Notes: generated by a model not told the origin, from the letters alone. A stretch of 64,000 nt of DNA from Octopus vulgaris (GCA_951406725.2 OX597815.1:179738001-179802000); one strand, 5' to 3'; shown: positions 1 through 13,077, counted from the first letter of the stretch. Translations and numbers: made by a program.

Positions 1-5
1 CTTAT

Positions 6-165
6 GAATGAGAACCCAGGCTTGGGTTCAAAATTCTACCAGGACACCTGATGTAGGCTGGAAAGTAAAACAGCCGAAACGTTGTGGTAACAACAAGCAA
101 GATGAGAACACGTATCCGTCCAATGTAAATAATGTACAGAATTCCTCATGTCTGAAATATAGAAC
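6..165 (+). mobile_element. 3' part of hammerhead-bearing repeat (same family as 29894-30146)
   Basis: Aligns by eye with 30022-30146 (gaatgagaacccagg...gacacctgatg...cagccgaaacgttgtg...aatgtaaataatgta). Confidence 0.8.
45..86 (+). ncRNA. Minimal type-I hammerhead motif (core mutated)
   Basis: CAC-CUGAUGU-A-GGCUG(loop)CAGCC-GAA-ACGU-U-GUG. Confidence 0.6.
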
Positions 166-554
166 AACCACCCTCTTGACTTCTACTAATCACGGAGGTC
201 ATTGTAATGTAAAATTGCCGTAAACTGAAAACCGTATCTGCATAATGTATCGTGACCTTTCACTATTCAGTCTAAATTTTTAAGAATCATTCTGAAGTTG
301 TGGTCAGCGTTGTCTGGAACAGAGTGATATGATAATAGAGAAATAAAAATTTCTGACAACTGCTAATATTTTCTGATGCAGGTGCTTTCGGCGTTGCTAC
401 TAAATTAGATATTATTGCCGATACAGGTGAACTTTCAACGTCTGTCAACGTTGCAATAATATTGAGAGAACAGGAAGAAGCTGTGACGGCGATATCGGTG
501 GCGGGGTTTTCACACCTGAACTATGAAGATGGTAGTAATAGGTTTCCTAACTGT

Positions 555-562
555 GGAGGAGG

Positions 563-598
<36 letters not shown>

Positions 599-669
599 CG
601 ATGACGATGATGACGATGATAATGATGTGGAAGAGGAGGAGGAGGAGGAGAAGTATGAGTATGATGGAA

Positions 670-723
<54 letters not shown>

Positions 724-812
724 TGGAAGAGGAGGAGGAGGAGGAGAAGAAGAAAAAGTATGAGTATGATGGAAATGATAGAAATGATGATGATGATGAT
801 GATGATGATGAT
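555..812 (+). repeat. Compound (GAT)n/(GAG)n microsatellite with internal duplication
   Basis: Two copies of gatgtggaagaggag...aagtatgagtatgatggaaatgat followed by (GAT)n; lies in a GPCR intron. Confidence 0.9.
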
Positions 813-989
813 GTCCAAACTTTTACGAAATTTAAACGTTAATTAATTCTCGACGTTTGATTTATTATTCAGCCGCAGCCTTCTCTGTGTATAAGCTATA
901 AATTATCCACAAGTGAAATCGTGTCGTTTAAAACTGTATGCTTGACAATTTACTTGACTTTTCCAAAGATATGATTCTTTGTATTTCAG

Positions 990-1098
990 TTGAGCCCATG
1001 GTTTTATGATCTTAAGTTTTGTGCGCAGTACTTAGCTGATTCGAATGCTGCTTTGAACCCTGTCATATACGTGGGCTTCAATGAAAATTTTCGTAACG
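990..1098 (+). CDS. Class A (rhodopsin-like) GPCR, neuropeptide-receptor type; internal exon encoding TM7 and start of helix 8
   Basis: Acceptor gtatttcag| and donor |gtaag. Translation LSPWFYDLKFCAQYLADSNAALNPVIYVGFNENFRN(G) has NPxxY and an FNENFR helix-8 start like NPFF/QRFP/SIFamide-type receptors. Upstream exons lie outside the window. Confidence 0.92.
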
Positions 1099-3188
1099 GT
1101 AAGATATTGCTTTCTTTTAATTATTTTCTTTATTCAATTATTTCCTGATATTCTCGCCAAAGGGTATAAACGTTACAACATTCTATTTTTACATCTACCA
1201 ACATTTCTCGCGTTGCTAACACAAAGTAGATTTCTTGAACTGAATTTATAGAGATTTTACGACAGAATTTGAGAACGAAACTAGAATCAATAATGTTTGT
1301 CAAAATTAGCTAAAAGATCATCTCCACGGCAGCTTTCGACTTACCCCCCACAGGTTTGAAACGATTATAAAGAATAATTTAAAGCCATTAAGATTATTTT
1401 TGTTTCTTCAGACAAAACCAGATATTTGTATAAAATTTCAACGTATATAATCTGCTTTCTTCTAACAGTATTTCTAATATTCATTTTAAAAAAAATCTAA
1501 TGACACTAAATTTAATTCTATTAATTATGAAACTAATAATGACGGAATTACAATCAAATGATAGAATTGCACGCTTAACACTATGAAGACTTTATATTTA
1601 ATTGAAGAATTCTATCAAAATTTTATTAATATTCCATCTTCTCGCCACTAAATCTAATTCAAAGCGATTTAAGTGTAGTAAAAAATGTACAATATTATTC
1701 TTAAAATTACGCAAAATACCAATTTGCCAGTAAAGAGTAGCAGATTTCTATTATTAATTGGTCGAATGATATTAGTAATAAAGATCTTGACATATTTATC
1801 CAGTTTTATAACATTGAATTTCACACTTCGACAACTAAATCGTTTTGTCCAAAAACCATTAGCTTTTGCCAAGAATTATATTTCAGTCAGTGATTTTAAT
1901 CAAGCATACAAGACCATTTTCTTTCTTCCGATAATGCTATATGGTTAAAATGGAATTATACTAATTCTTTTACCATATTAATTCTCAGACACGGAAAATA
2001 CAAACGATAAAGTTATTTGGTTTCGTGCGCCATTTAACTTAGCTCGATAAATATTTTGCGGAAAATCATATACGTCACAGGATTTTTTAAAATAAAGAAT
2101 GCTGTATTGAGATTTAGTTGAAGACATAATTTTCTATAGAGTTTGAAAATATTAATTGTAAACATATTATACAGCTATCTTCATTGAGTTTTCATTCGTA
2201 CAATTGTTTTAACCTCGTAAATAACCCATCAAATCAATTGTTTTTCAGAATCGGTATTTTATTGTACAAAATATTCACAACTAGTGACTATTTCTAAGGA
2301 TTAGATAGGGATGCCTGAAAACTTGTTTAAGTTAAACATTAATCAACATGAATACATTTTCAGAAATTCATAAAGATCTCATGGAAATTTACCAAAGTAC
2401 ATCCGAACTTTAAAATCTGACGATATCAGAAACTACAAGACTATTTGGGAGATGTTAGAAATCTTTTATTCATTATTGTGAAATTTGTATTTCGGTAGAA
2501 AATTGATATTTTAATAGGAATTCTTAAGCACGCGTCCAGAGCTAATATTCTTTGGTCGTACTGTTTTGAAACGTTTATTGAAATATTTCAGACTGTGTAA
2601 CGCTTAAATACCGGACAGTCTTGTGTGTTTGTTATGTTCAACATATTTCAAGAAATGTAGCTTGCTGGCGTAATTGTTTCTCTGAAAAATTTGAACAGTT
2701 TGGTTACTTCTTTAAGTCTCTTCATGTAGCCTATCTAGTGATCTTCCCTAGCCTTTCTGTAGAATTGGTACAGGTCTTGGTTCAGTTCAAAAGTCTACTG
2801 GAATTTTTCTAGTTAGCTCCGCGATCTGCGAAGGCTGGCTTCGAGACCCTTCGTCGCCATAGCGTATGTATTAATAAATTTCCATGTCGTTTTTTTATTT
2901 CACTGTTTGATTACTGCTACGATCTTTTCAAAACAAGGTTGTTCCTTTGCGTTTACTTAAAGAGGATAACCATTTCTCTTACCAGGCTTGCATTGGTGGT
3001 GAAAATTGTAGAGGATAACATTCATTATTTTGGAACATGAATAATCCTCTTTGCCAACGAGTCTATAAGCGACGCCATATTGTATGTATGTATGTATATG
3101 AATGCCTGTATGTATGTATGTATGTATGTATGTATGTATGTATGTATGTATGTATGTATTTTTTCTCTCCTTGTTTTTTTCTGTGTCC

Positions 3189-3224
3189 CTTTCTGTAGAA
3201 GAGCGTAGGATCGAAACGTAAAAG
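3189..3224 (+). ncRNA. Minimal hammerhead motif (degenerate) in short repeat between (TATG)n arrays
   Basis: CUUU-CUGUAGA-A-GAGC-GUAG-GAUC-GAA-ACGU-A-AAAG; resembles the 13043 copy. Confidence 0.55.
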
Positions 3225-3315
3225 ACTTTTTCTATTCCTGAGCATTATACTAATAATACATCTGTTTGTTTTGTACACCACCTGTCTTCGTCTTTTGTTT
3301 TTTCGTAAACTCTCC

Positions 3316-3346
<31 letters not shown>

Positions 3347-3559
3347 TGTATGTATGTATGTATGTATGTATGTATGTATGCCACTGTCCAGCTTTATTTC
3401 AAGATTTCATGCCAATAGAGGAAGAACTGGTTTCTACCCCAAATCTAAGGTTCCTCCATTGGAATTTCAACACCAACAACAGGGTATTTTTGTTTGCATG
3501 TACAGATTTGCATGTTTTATTTTATGTATGTATTCTCATGCATATACTTGTATATCTAG

Positions 3560-3843
3560 ACATGCTCATACCTGTTGAGCTGTTGTTTACGTTCGGCTCC
3601 TCCGTTGTGTTGTTGTTGATGTTGTGTCCAACCAAGCTGTTTGGAGTAACTCTCTGCATGCTAAATTCAAGTTTCAGTCGAAAATCACTAAGATCGTAAA
3701 TAAAAGACTTCCTCAATTAATTCATCTGAAGATTAATCAGTTATTTAATAAGGTTGATAGTTGTGGCTCCAAAGTTGTAGATAGCATTCATCGTATTTTC
3801 GATAAATAGTCTCCCACTCCAAATACGCGACTTGTCGCTTCGA
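3560..3843. repeat. Unclassified interspersed repeat (second copy about 10580-10853)
   Basis: Two colinear copies (acctgttgagctgttgttt...ccaaatacgcracttgtcgcttcga), each followed by (TATG)n. Confidence 0.7.
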
Positions 3844-3884
3844 TGTATGTATGTATGTATGTATGTATGTATGTATGTATGTAT

Positions 3885-4030
3885 CACCGTGATCACCGTG
3901 ACCGACCAAGCTATCAGATGTTGCTACACATCGCTGGTCACAATGCGCTTCGCATTGTTTTAGCCTTCAAATGACGCCACCCCGCTGGCTAAGCGAGTAG
4001 GCCAGCAGAAAGGTCAGAGAAAGTTGTAGC
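3885..4030 (-). mobile_element. SINE family B, tail-2 fragment
   Basis: Reverse complement of the 42110-42246 tail. Confidence 0.75.
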
Positions 4031-4365
4031 TACAAAAACAACTAAATCGAAAGCATCTAGAATTTCTATCAAAAAAGTTGACCACGTCCATACAGCCATT
4101 CTTTAATGAATACAAGAGAGTAAAAAACAAGACCTGGAAATGCAATTATGATAACATCTGGTTTTTCAATTACAAACCTTGACCAATTCAAATACAAAAT
4201 TTCTTTTCCCCTTCCCCACCCTTAAAGGCAACTAAGTATTGAACAAACAAGTCTGACCACACCAATACAAAAGCAAGCCACGCCTCTTTACCTCCCCCTC
4301 CTTCTCAAACTTTTCCTCTTTCTTCTCCGTTGTTTGGCGAACCCCACAATTTTTGTATATATATA

Positions 4366-5036
4366 AAATTTACAGAATTGGTCTCTAGAACAGTGGAAGA
4401 ATGTTATTTTCTCAAACGAGTCATCCTTTACCTTATTTCCGACCACCGGCCGAGTATATGTGTGGAGACAGCCAAAATAAGCATTTGATCCAGACTGCCT
4501 TCTTCCAACTGTTAAACATGTAGGAGTATCTGTGATGATCTGGGGTGTGTTATATCTTGGAAATCCGCTGACCCTGTGGTTTCCGTTCATGGCAGAATTA
4601 ATAGTCTAGACTATTTCAGCATTTTATCTGATCAAATTCATCCTATGGTTGCGGAGCTGTTTCCGGAGGGCCGGGGATGATAATGCACCAATTCATACAG
4701 CAAAAGTTGTTACTGAATGGCACGAGGAACATTCTAGTGAAGTTGAACATATTACCTGGCCACCACTGTCCCCAGATCTCAGTGCTATTGAACATTTACG
4801 GTGCATTTTAGAAAAACAAGTTAGGAGTCGATATCCTCCACCATCATCACTACAAGAACTGGAGACTGTTTTAGCTGAGTAATGGACAAAAATTCCTTTG
4901 GAAACAATTCAAACTTTGTACGAGTCCATGCCTCGTAGAATTCAAGCTGTAATTACTGACAAAGGCGGTCCTACACCATATTAAAATTAATTTCTTTGAA
5001 ATTTTAAGGTGTTTCCATTATTTTGTCCAACCCCTG
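4366..5036 (+). mobile_element. Tc1-like transposon, 3' half, decayed, DD36E spacing
   Basis: WKNVIFSNES...DDNAPIH...WPPLSPDLSAIEHL...KGGPTPY*. Terminal repeat ...ttttgtccaacccctg followed by TA. Confidence 0.9.
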
Positions 5037-5913
5037 TATATCTGCATGTATATATGTATTGTGTATATATATATTGTGTATATATGTGTTGTGTATGTAT
5101 GTATGTATGTATGTATGTATGTATGTATGTATGTATGTATGTATGTATGTGTGTGTGTTTTAAAATCACCAGTTAAAGGTATTAATTAAAAGTATTACTA
5201 AAAAGTATTTTATAATATTTCTTAGACAGCCACACAATTTCCTGACTTCTATTGCATTCTAAAGTTTGCAATATGCATTTTCTTTTGGCCTTCGCAATCG
5301 TTCTGAGCTTGGAAAGAAAATGCACCTTACAAAATAAAGCTTATTCTTTATCTTATGATATATTAGCTTCACTCTGGAAGATACATTTACCATTCCAAGA
5401 CTTAATTGTATCTCAAATAGATCACTTTTATTTTGTGTCGGTTATCTTCTACGTTAATGTCTTCGGTTGCCTTTATTAAATATACCAACGAATCAGGTAT
5501 TTGTAAAATCTCTGAGAATTGAAACCTTATCGAATGCATTGCTTTTATTTATGATGGTTAACAGACTTCCTTATCTATCTTAATCTTTATCTTGCTACTA
5601 CCGTTTTAGTTTTTTATGTTTACCAATATACACAAATAATATTCTCCACTGTCTTACTTTCTTAAAGTAGATTCACTGTTATTTCGGTATGGTACCTTGT
5701 TACGATATCAGATGACTCTTTACAATCCAGAGCTCCAGGTTCAACTGCCAGCTGCTGTGTAAAAGGATTGAACAATAAATTTCTCAGCGATTTTATAAAA
5801 AGTTTATTGCAGTAAATTGTTATAAGTATTTATCACTTCCAAGTTTTATATGAATGTTTTTTTTTCTTTTACCATAATTTACCATATGCCATTCTTTTTT
5901 TTTTTTAACGTAG

Positions 5914-6017
5914 GTCTTCGAGACACGATGAGGTGTATGCAGAAACGGAATCCAGAAGAAATAATGATGCGAAGAAACAATTCCGCCTATCAAAGCACTT
6001 CGGTTACAAATCTATGA
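5914..6017 (+). CDS. GPCR terminal exon (helix 8 and C-tail)
   Basis: Poly-T tract plus cgtag| acceptor. Phase 1 matches the previous exon: (G)LRDTMRCMQKRNPEEIMMRRNNSAYQSTSVTNL*. Cys after helix 8, and AATAAA at 6021. Confidence 0.82.
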
Positions 6018-6020
6018 ACG

Positions 6021-6026
6021 AATAAA
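6021..6026 (+). promoter_or_regulatory. Candidate polyadenylation signal
   Basis: AATAAA 3 nt after the GPCR stop codon; usage unverified. Confidence 0.3.
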
Positions 6027-7094
6027 ACTCTACATATCAGGACTGATCATACCAAAAAAGAATTTTTTCAATGCTTGTATTTTTTATCTTTGCGAATTCT
6101 AGAAATGCAACACAGAAACACAAAATGCAAGTATCTGTTGAAGAAATAATCATCAAATATCATGTCGGTTCACAAGTGTTTGCAACAATATATTTTCTTC
6201 TGTGGCATTGAGTATCATAAGCGTATGAAATCATTATAGAATACTTTTTGCTTAAATGTTTAGATGTATTTCAATGAAGTTCTTTCATTTAACTTATTAC
6301 TTAGATTCTGTTTCGTTTCCTTAAATCATACTAAGCTGTATGTTTAAGGGTTAAGTGCCCGTTAAGAAGCACTTAACTGTTAATATTGATTCTATGATCC
6401 TTTGTAAATTCTTAAGTGAAACAACATAATTTCAGAGCGTATTTGGAAAAGATATGAATGAACTTCACAACATTCCATTCATTGAATCTTATATCATTAG
6501 TTCTTCCAACCTAATATTAAAAAGAGATCACTATTACAATGAATTATCACTGAAGAAGATTCTTTAGTCGCTTTGACCAACTCGGTGTACCGGTAAATTA
6601 AAACCAAACAATTCTGTTGTTCAAAGTGAAAATCGTGTATTAAAATGTTAAATGTGAAGATAACCTCTCCACTACAGATATAATAGGACGACGACAGTGA
6701 AATACTTCAATCAATGACAGAACACAATGTGACACAGGATACAGTTAACTGACAGCTGAACAGACTTAAACGTGTCCGCACATTGACGACGGCCATCACA
6801 CCTATTATTCAGCAATGCATTGTAAAGTGATGATAGAATCGTTGTGAAACGTATCTCGTGTTAACTTATCAATGAAATGAATTATTTCACTACGTTCGAA
6901 GATTTTCTTCCTCGTTCATCAAATCTCTAAGGCCAGAGATTTTATCAAACCAAACTACTTGTACGAACGATCAATATTTATTTTTATCACATATCATGGA
7001 ATATAACTTTGGCTTTATTGTCATTCTGTTTTCATGTCACCACACAACCACATGTATACAAAGCACACACATACATATATATATACATGCATAC

Positions 7095-7172
<78 letters not shown>

Positions 7173-7211
7173 ATGTACATATATATATCATGTTATTTGC
7201 ATTTGTATTTG

Positions 7212-7419
7212 TATACCATTTCTCCGTGCTCTTAGATTAGGTTTTCCTTGGGGCTGGCCAGATTGGAGCAATCTCGAGTATAACCAGCCGAAATTGCAAA
7301 GATAATCTGGAACTCGACTGAGGAAAGAAAACTCCGAATGACGCGTCCTTGTTTTTTTTCATGACCCTTTTTTGTATCATCTGTCTGGATGTTTTGCGTT
7401 CTTGTCCCATTTTTGTATT

Positions 7420-7420
<1 letters not shown>
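7212..7420 (+). repeat. Short repeat between microsatellites, possibly Penelope pLTR-derived
   Basis: Contains degenerate ctgagga...ccgaa(tg)acgcgtc; flanked by (TA)n and (TG)n. Confidence 0.35.
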
Positions 7421-7470
<50 letters not shown>

Positions 7471-7880
7471 AAGAGAGAGAGAGTGTGTTGGGGTATCGAA
7501 ATATAGGTAAAAGCATATCTTTATAGGCAGTACGAAGCTTCAACGAACCTTATGATGCGTAAACGAATCCATTTTCGTAAAAATAAACAAATGTCTTCTT
7601 TATCACTTCTTAGACAAGAAGGTGGGGATTGGTCTCAACTGGTTTCGATTCTAGTTGACGTTTCTTCAAAGGCCGACTACTCACCTGTATTTATTTACGG
7701 AGAAGGATATGTAGTCCATTGAAAGTCATAGGTAATAAATATTATGACATTACTGGAATCAATTAGTACTGATTACGTTAGTCAATTTTCTAAAGAACTA
7801 ATGCACTAAAAAAGAGTATGTCCGTTATGCTGAAAAGTAAATTCGAAGGTATATGCAGTTCAATATTTGACTATTCTCTA

Positions 7881-8290
7881 AGGTGGCGAGCTGGCAGAAA
7901 CGTTAGCACGCCGAGCGGAATGCGTAGCCGTTTTTCGTCTGCCCTTACGTTCCTGAGTTCAAATTCCGCTGAGGTCGACTTTGCCTTTCATCCTTTCAGG
8001 GTCGATAAATTAAGTACCAGTTACGCACTGGGGTCGATATAATCGACTTAATCCGTTTGTCTGTCCTTGTTTGTCCTCTCAGTGTTTAGCTCCTTGTGGG
8101 TAGTAAAGAAATAGGTATTTCGTCTACCGTTACGTTCTGAGTTCGAATTCCGCCGAGGTCGACTTTGCTTTTCATCCCTATCGGGGTCGATAAATTAAGT
8201 ACCAGTTGCATAATGAGGTCGATCTAATCGACTGCCCCCCACCCCACACCAAAAAAAATAATAATTTATGGCCTTGTGCCTAGAATAGAG
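7881..8290 (+). mobile_element. SINE family A, dimer
   Basis: Head ggYggcgagctggcagaaacgttagc, B-box gagttcaaattcc, body gcctttcatcctttcggggtcgataaattaagtaccag repeated twice. Confidence 0.85.
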
Positions 8291-8964
8291 AAATAATATT
8301 TGACTATTGCCGTATTGAGTGACCCAATATTTTTAATACATATAAACATTTCTCCGTAGACGGAGATAGGAAGATTGGACCGATCAGATCTCATCTTTCG
8401 CTGGGATTGCTTCAAAGAACACGCACCTTTTTTTTTTCTGGTCATGGAGAATGTTATAGCGGATAGCTTTTTATAGCGACTAAATGTCGTCTGCCATACA
8501 GCCAATCATATAATTAATAATGAACTAATGAGCATGTCCTTGATATCTTGAAATGTACATTAAAGTACGCCATTACAATCATTATGAGTTGTAATTATCG
8601 CTGTGTTGTCTAATTGTATGCATCTGATATGTAAACAAACGCCATTCATATTAGTACACGTTTGTAGGTATATGTGTATGTACATACCTAATATCTTTTT
8701 ATGCGTGTTTTATTATATGTGTGCGTGTGTACATACATATAAATAGGTGTTCATATAAGCACGCGATTCCAGGACCAGGCGACGCGTTGCTGGTGCAGTT
8801 CTCTTTCCTTCTTGCTGTCACACTCTCAATGTCTTGCCTGGTCAATGGCACCAACACCGAGAGGGTGTTTATCTTGCCTGCATAGGCACAAAAGAAGGAT
8901 CTAGCAAAAGCATGGTGCAAGTTATCAGGTCATATTCCCTTGCGAGTGACGTGTGCGTGTGTTT

Positions 8965-9000
<36 letters not shown>

Positions 9001-9250
9001 GTGTGTGTGTGTTTGTGTGTGTGTGTGTCTATGTGTGTGTGTGTGTAAGTGTGTGTATTTTGTGGATGTATTTCGTGTATGTGTATATAGTCCATCAGAA
9101 ATAATATTTCTAAATAATTTTTAAAAATCACTCCTACAAAGAAAAGGAAAGATAAATAAACGAAGAATCATAATTAGACCAAAGACGTTGCACTTAAGAA
9201 GTTAGACGCCCGCTCTTTCAGACACACTATTTATATATAAATGCCGATTG

Positions 9251-9296
9251 AGTATTCGCTAATGAGGTCTAAAACGACCGAAACATGTCCATTACT
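9251..9296 (+). ncRNA. Minimal hammerhead motif (core G5A)
   Basis: CUAAUGA-GGUC-uaaaac-GACC-GAA-ACAUGU-C; palindromic stem III; stem I imperfect. Confidence 0.55.
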
Positions 9297-9562
9297 TAAA
9301 ATAAAACGCTTTAAAAGTCAAAGCAATTGAATTTATATCGTCTACATTATCTAAACATTTTGAACAACTTATTTTGTTGGAGCTTTCTCTCATGTTTTGT
9401 CGATCAAAATTTTCAGCTTTGTCTATTACAGATATGTAACCATACCGTTTCTTTTTGTATATATTATGCAGAACGCACTCTTATCATATTTTCTCTCATA
9501 AATATTGTTGATATTCATAATCAGCGTCACTATATTTCACTCACATTCACTTAATTTCTATG

Positions 9563-9611
<49 letters not shown>

Positions 9612-9880
9612 CATATAAAATAAGGGCAAAAGAAAAATTCTAATTGGATGTATATATATATTCATATAAATAAGGATAAGATCGTTAATTTAAAATAGAA
9701 TAACGATTTTATCAAGTGGCCAGCATGGAAGAAATAACCTTCAAAGGTAATAATTATTAAAATTATAAATTAGGGTATCTACGAGATACCACCATGCTGA
9801 AAATAGCAGCCATGATCTGACTCTAAAACCACCTTAATTTTCCATATATCAATACGGAGAGAAACGAAGAAACAAGATGA

Positions 9881-9918
<38 letters not shown>

Positions 9919-10160
9919 AACCCATGCAAACTTGCCATCTGAGTAGTGTATGATTAGTATATGCTTCTTTGAAGATGTCTAAGAACCAAAAACGTCTGTT
10001 ATTTTCACTCACTTCAAGCAACTTCATTAATTACTTGGGTAAAATCTCGATAATTTTCCTCATATGAGACCCTGCTACATTTGTACGTAACAATGAGAAA
10101 ATTTACCAGAGTTACATTCCAAGAAAAATGAGTTTTGTAGTTACGGTTTCTTCTGTAACT

Positions 10161-10547
10161 GGATGGAAGCACTCCGTCGGTTACGACGACGAGGGTTCCG
10201 GTTGATCTGAATCAACGGAACAGCCTGCTCGTGAAATTAACGTGTAAGTGGCTGAGCACTCCACAGACACGTGTACCCTTAAGGTAGTTCTCGGGGATAT
10301 TCAGCGTGACGCAGAGAGTGACAAGGCCGGTCCTTTGAAATACAGGTACAACAGAAACAGGAAGTAAGAGTGAGAGAAAGTTGTGGTGAAAGAGTACAGC
10401 AGGGATCACCACCATCCCTGCCGGAGGCTCGTGGAGCTTTAGGTGTTTTCGCTCAATAAACACTCACAACGCCCGGTCTGGGAATCCAAACCGCGATCCT
10501 ATGACCGCGAGTCCGCTGCCCTAACCACTGGGCCATTGCGCCTCCAC
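10161..10547 (-). mobile_element. Full-length tRNA-derived SINE family B (tail 1) with 11-bp TSD
   Basis: Head gtggaggcgcaatggcccagtggttagg...gattcccagacc. TSD cttctgtaact at 10150-10160 and 10548-10558. Confidence 0.9.
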
Positions 10548-11252
10548 CTTCTGTAACTACAGCTACAAAGAATCTGTTTTACCTGTTGAGCTGTTGTTTT
10601 CGTTCTATTCCTCGGTTTAGTTGTTGTTGATGATGTTCAGCCATGCTGTTAGTAGTTACTCTTCACATGTTAAATTCAAGTTTCAGTCGAAAACCACGAA
10701 GATCTTGAATAAAAAAAACTCCCTCAGTTTATTCGTCTGGAGATTAACCAATTATTTAACAAGGCTGATATTTGTGGCTTCAAAGCTGGGGATAGTATTT
10801 ATCGTATTTTCGATAATTAGTCTCTCACTCCAAATACGCAACTTGTCGCTTCGAGTTCGAAATGTCTGTGTATGTATGTATGTATGTATGTATGTATGTA
10901 TGTATGTATGTATGTATGTATGTATGTATGTATGCGTGTACGTATGTATGTATGCGTGTACGTATGTATGTATGTGTGTAAGTATTTATGTACTATGTAC
11001 GTATACGCGTATGTACGTATGTAAGTATGTTCGTATGCATGTATGTGAATAGCAGCCTTTGGTTTCAAACCGGTTCCATTAAAGACATAATTGTGATTGA
11101 GTTATTGTGATCGAGATTCCGATCTTTCTTATTAACAGATTTTTATTATTTATTTATATTTCGGTTTGACTAATAGCTTTACTATATCCAATTATCAAAC
11201 ACCGTTCTCAGATCACGTCCTCATCATCAGAAGGAAATGAAAATACACACAA

Positions 11253-11292
<40 letters not shown>

Positions 11293-11456
11293 ATACACAC
11301 ACGCGCACACACACACATAATTTGCCTATACGGCTTTACGCGCGCGGCCACTAACGTTATTATATGTAGAATATCGTTCTTTTATATATATATGTATGTG
11401 TGCGTGTGTGTGTATGTATACATATATGTGTGTGTGTGTGCGTGTGTGTGTGTATC

Positions 11457-11795
11457 CAGGGTACGGTGAATAAGTAATCGTCTAAATTACTCAAAATTGA
11501 AAATAACATTGACATCTCATTTTAACAGATATATTTACCAAAATTACATAAAAAATATCTTGAAATAACTAAAGAGTAGATTTATTTAATAAAATCGCCG
11601 TTGGCTTCAACCACAAACTCTAAACGACTTCGGAATATTCTGCAGCTCTTCTGGACGGTCTCCTTGTTTGTTGGTGAATGCTGCCATAATCCTTGCTTTC
11701 AGTTCATCTTTGGTGTTACAAGGAGTTTTGTTGGTCTCTCGCTGAACTGTGCTCCGCACATAATAATCAAAGAGGTTCCAGTCTGAGGAGCTGGG
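11457..11795 (-). mobile_element. Tc1/mariner (maT/DD37D-like) 3' fragment
   Basis: Minus-strand translation SSDWNLFDYYV...ETNKTPCNTKDELKARI...FRSRLEFVVEANGDF; CAG terminus next to microsatellite. Confidence 0.7.
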
Positions 11796-11829
11796 TTTTT
11801 GGGTTAGCTTGTCGTGTCTACGCTTACTC

Positions 11830-12222
11830 TCTCTTTACTCTTTTACGTGTTTCAGTCATTTGACTGCGGCCATGCTGGAGCACCGCCTTTAGTCGAGCAA
11901 ATCGACTCCGGGACTTATTCTTTGTAAGCCCAGTACTCTTTTGCCGAACCGCTAAGTAACGGGGACGTAAACACACCAGCATCGGTTGTCAAGCAATGCT
12001 AGGGGTACAAACACAGACACACAAACACATACACATACATACATACATATACATATATACGACAGGCTTCTTTCAGTTTCCATCTACCAAATCCACTCAC
12101 AAGGCATTGGTCGGCCCGGGGCTATAGCAGAAGACACTTGCCCAAGATGCCACGCAGTGGGACTGAACCCGGAACCATGTGGTTGGTTAGCAAGCTACTT
12201 ACCACACAGCCACTCCTGCGCT
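11830..12222 (-). mobile_element. CORE-like SINE family C with internal microsatellite
   Basis: Head ggcgcaggagtggctgtgtggtaag, catcttgggcaagtg (CORE-like), internal (TG/TA)n, tail cagcatggccgcagtcaaatgactgaaac. Confidence 0.85.
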
Positions 12223-12693
12223 TGTACACTTTCTCTGCAAGACTTTCACAAGCACTAACAATGTGGATTACACTTTTGACCCTCTTCCCACTCATTCTGC
12301 AGAAGTCTGTTGCACTTGTGTGATATATGTTCTTTTTCATTGAGTTGCTTTTCAATGCCTGGTCCTGGGCTTTCAGTATTCTTTTTTAGGTCACCCTTGT
12401 TCAGCCACCCCCATGATGCTTCCTGGTCTTTTAACGTGTTGGTTTCACGGCAGAACCGACTATTTAATTCCATACGGAGTAGGATTTAGGATTTCCTCTC
12501 TGTCGTTGGCTGTTCTTGATTGGAATTCATGAGCACTCTCAAGACCATTTTTGTTAACTCCTTCTGCACTCGCAGCACACTCTGTCAGGTCTTGTTCGCT
12601 GTTTACCAAATGTTCTGCCATGCTACTTATTTTACTGTTGATGCGCTCCTGTACGTTAGTCAGCCCACGTCCACCTTTACCTTTCTTCGTGTA
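12223..12693 (-). mobile_element. R4/Dong-like (restriction-like endonuclease) non-LTR retrotransposon fragment
   Basis: YTKKGKGGRGL...SWGWLNKGDLKKNTES...CRMSGKRVKSVIHIVSAC (degenerate CCHC knuckle); truncated by the adjacent SINE. Confidence 0.75.
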
Positions 12694-12776
12694 GATGATA
12701 ATAATAATGATAATAATAATAATAACAACAATAATAATAATGATGATAATAATAATAATTATTATTATTGTCGTTG

Positions 12777-12807
<31 letters not shown>

Positions 12808-13042
12808 CATCATAATGCGTTTATTTTTATTTGTGTGTGCATGTGTGTAAACTGATAGAGTTGCCTCTATTGCTAGTTCTTATACATAAATCGAAAAAAG
12901 GCATTAATTAGTTCCATACTCAAAGTGGAATATAATTAAGTAAACATATGTTTATCTATCTATCTATCTATGTGACCTCGTGAGTACCGCCAGCGATTTT
13001 TTTTCCTCTGTCTTCCCTTCTCGGGATCTTTCCTTCTCCTCT

Positions 13043-13077
13043 GTTTCCGACGAAGAGCTCCGTTCGAAACGTTAAAC
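13043..13077 (+). ncRNA. Minimal type-I hammerhead motif within repeat 12970-13180
   Basis: GUUU-CCGACGA-A-GAGC-UCC-GUUC-GAA-ACGU-U-AAAC; stems I and II pair, stem III palindromic; element flanked by (TATC)n and (TA)n. Confidence 0.7.

Noticed and set aside
357-842. Open frame with poly-Asp/Glu and an upstream cag acceptor
   Set aside because: Length is explained by (GAT)n/(GAG)n. The acceptor would be phase 1 while the GPCR exon at 990 is phase 0, and no domain is recognisable.
6780-6860. uugacga...gaaacguauc hammerhead-like string
   Set aside because: Core, stem II junction and stem III are all defective.
7316-7346. ctgagga...ccgaatgacgcgtc hammerhead-like string
   Set aside because: GAAA is interrupted and stem I does not pair; not counted.
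8760-8945. GC-richer segment, minus-strand PLTRQDIE...ASPGPGI
   Set aside because: Only faint resemblance to the LINE pre-RT PGPDG motif; too short to call.
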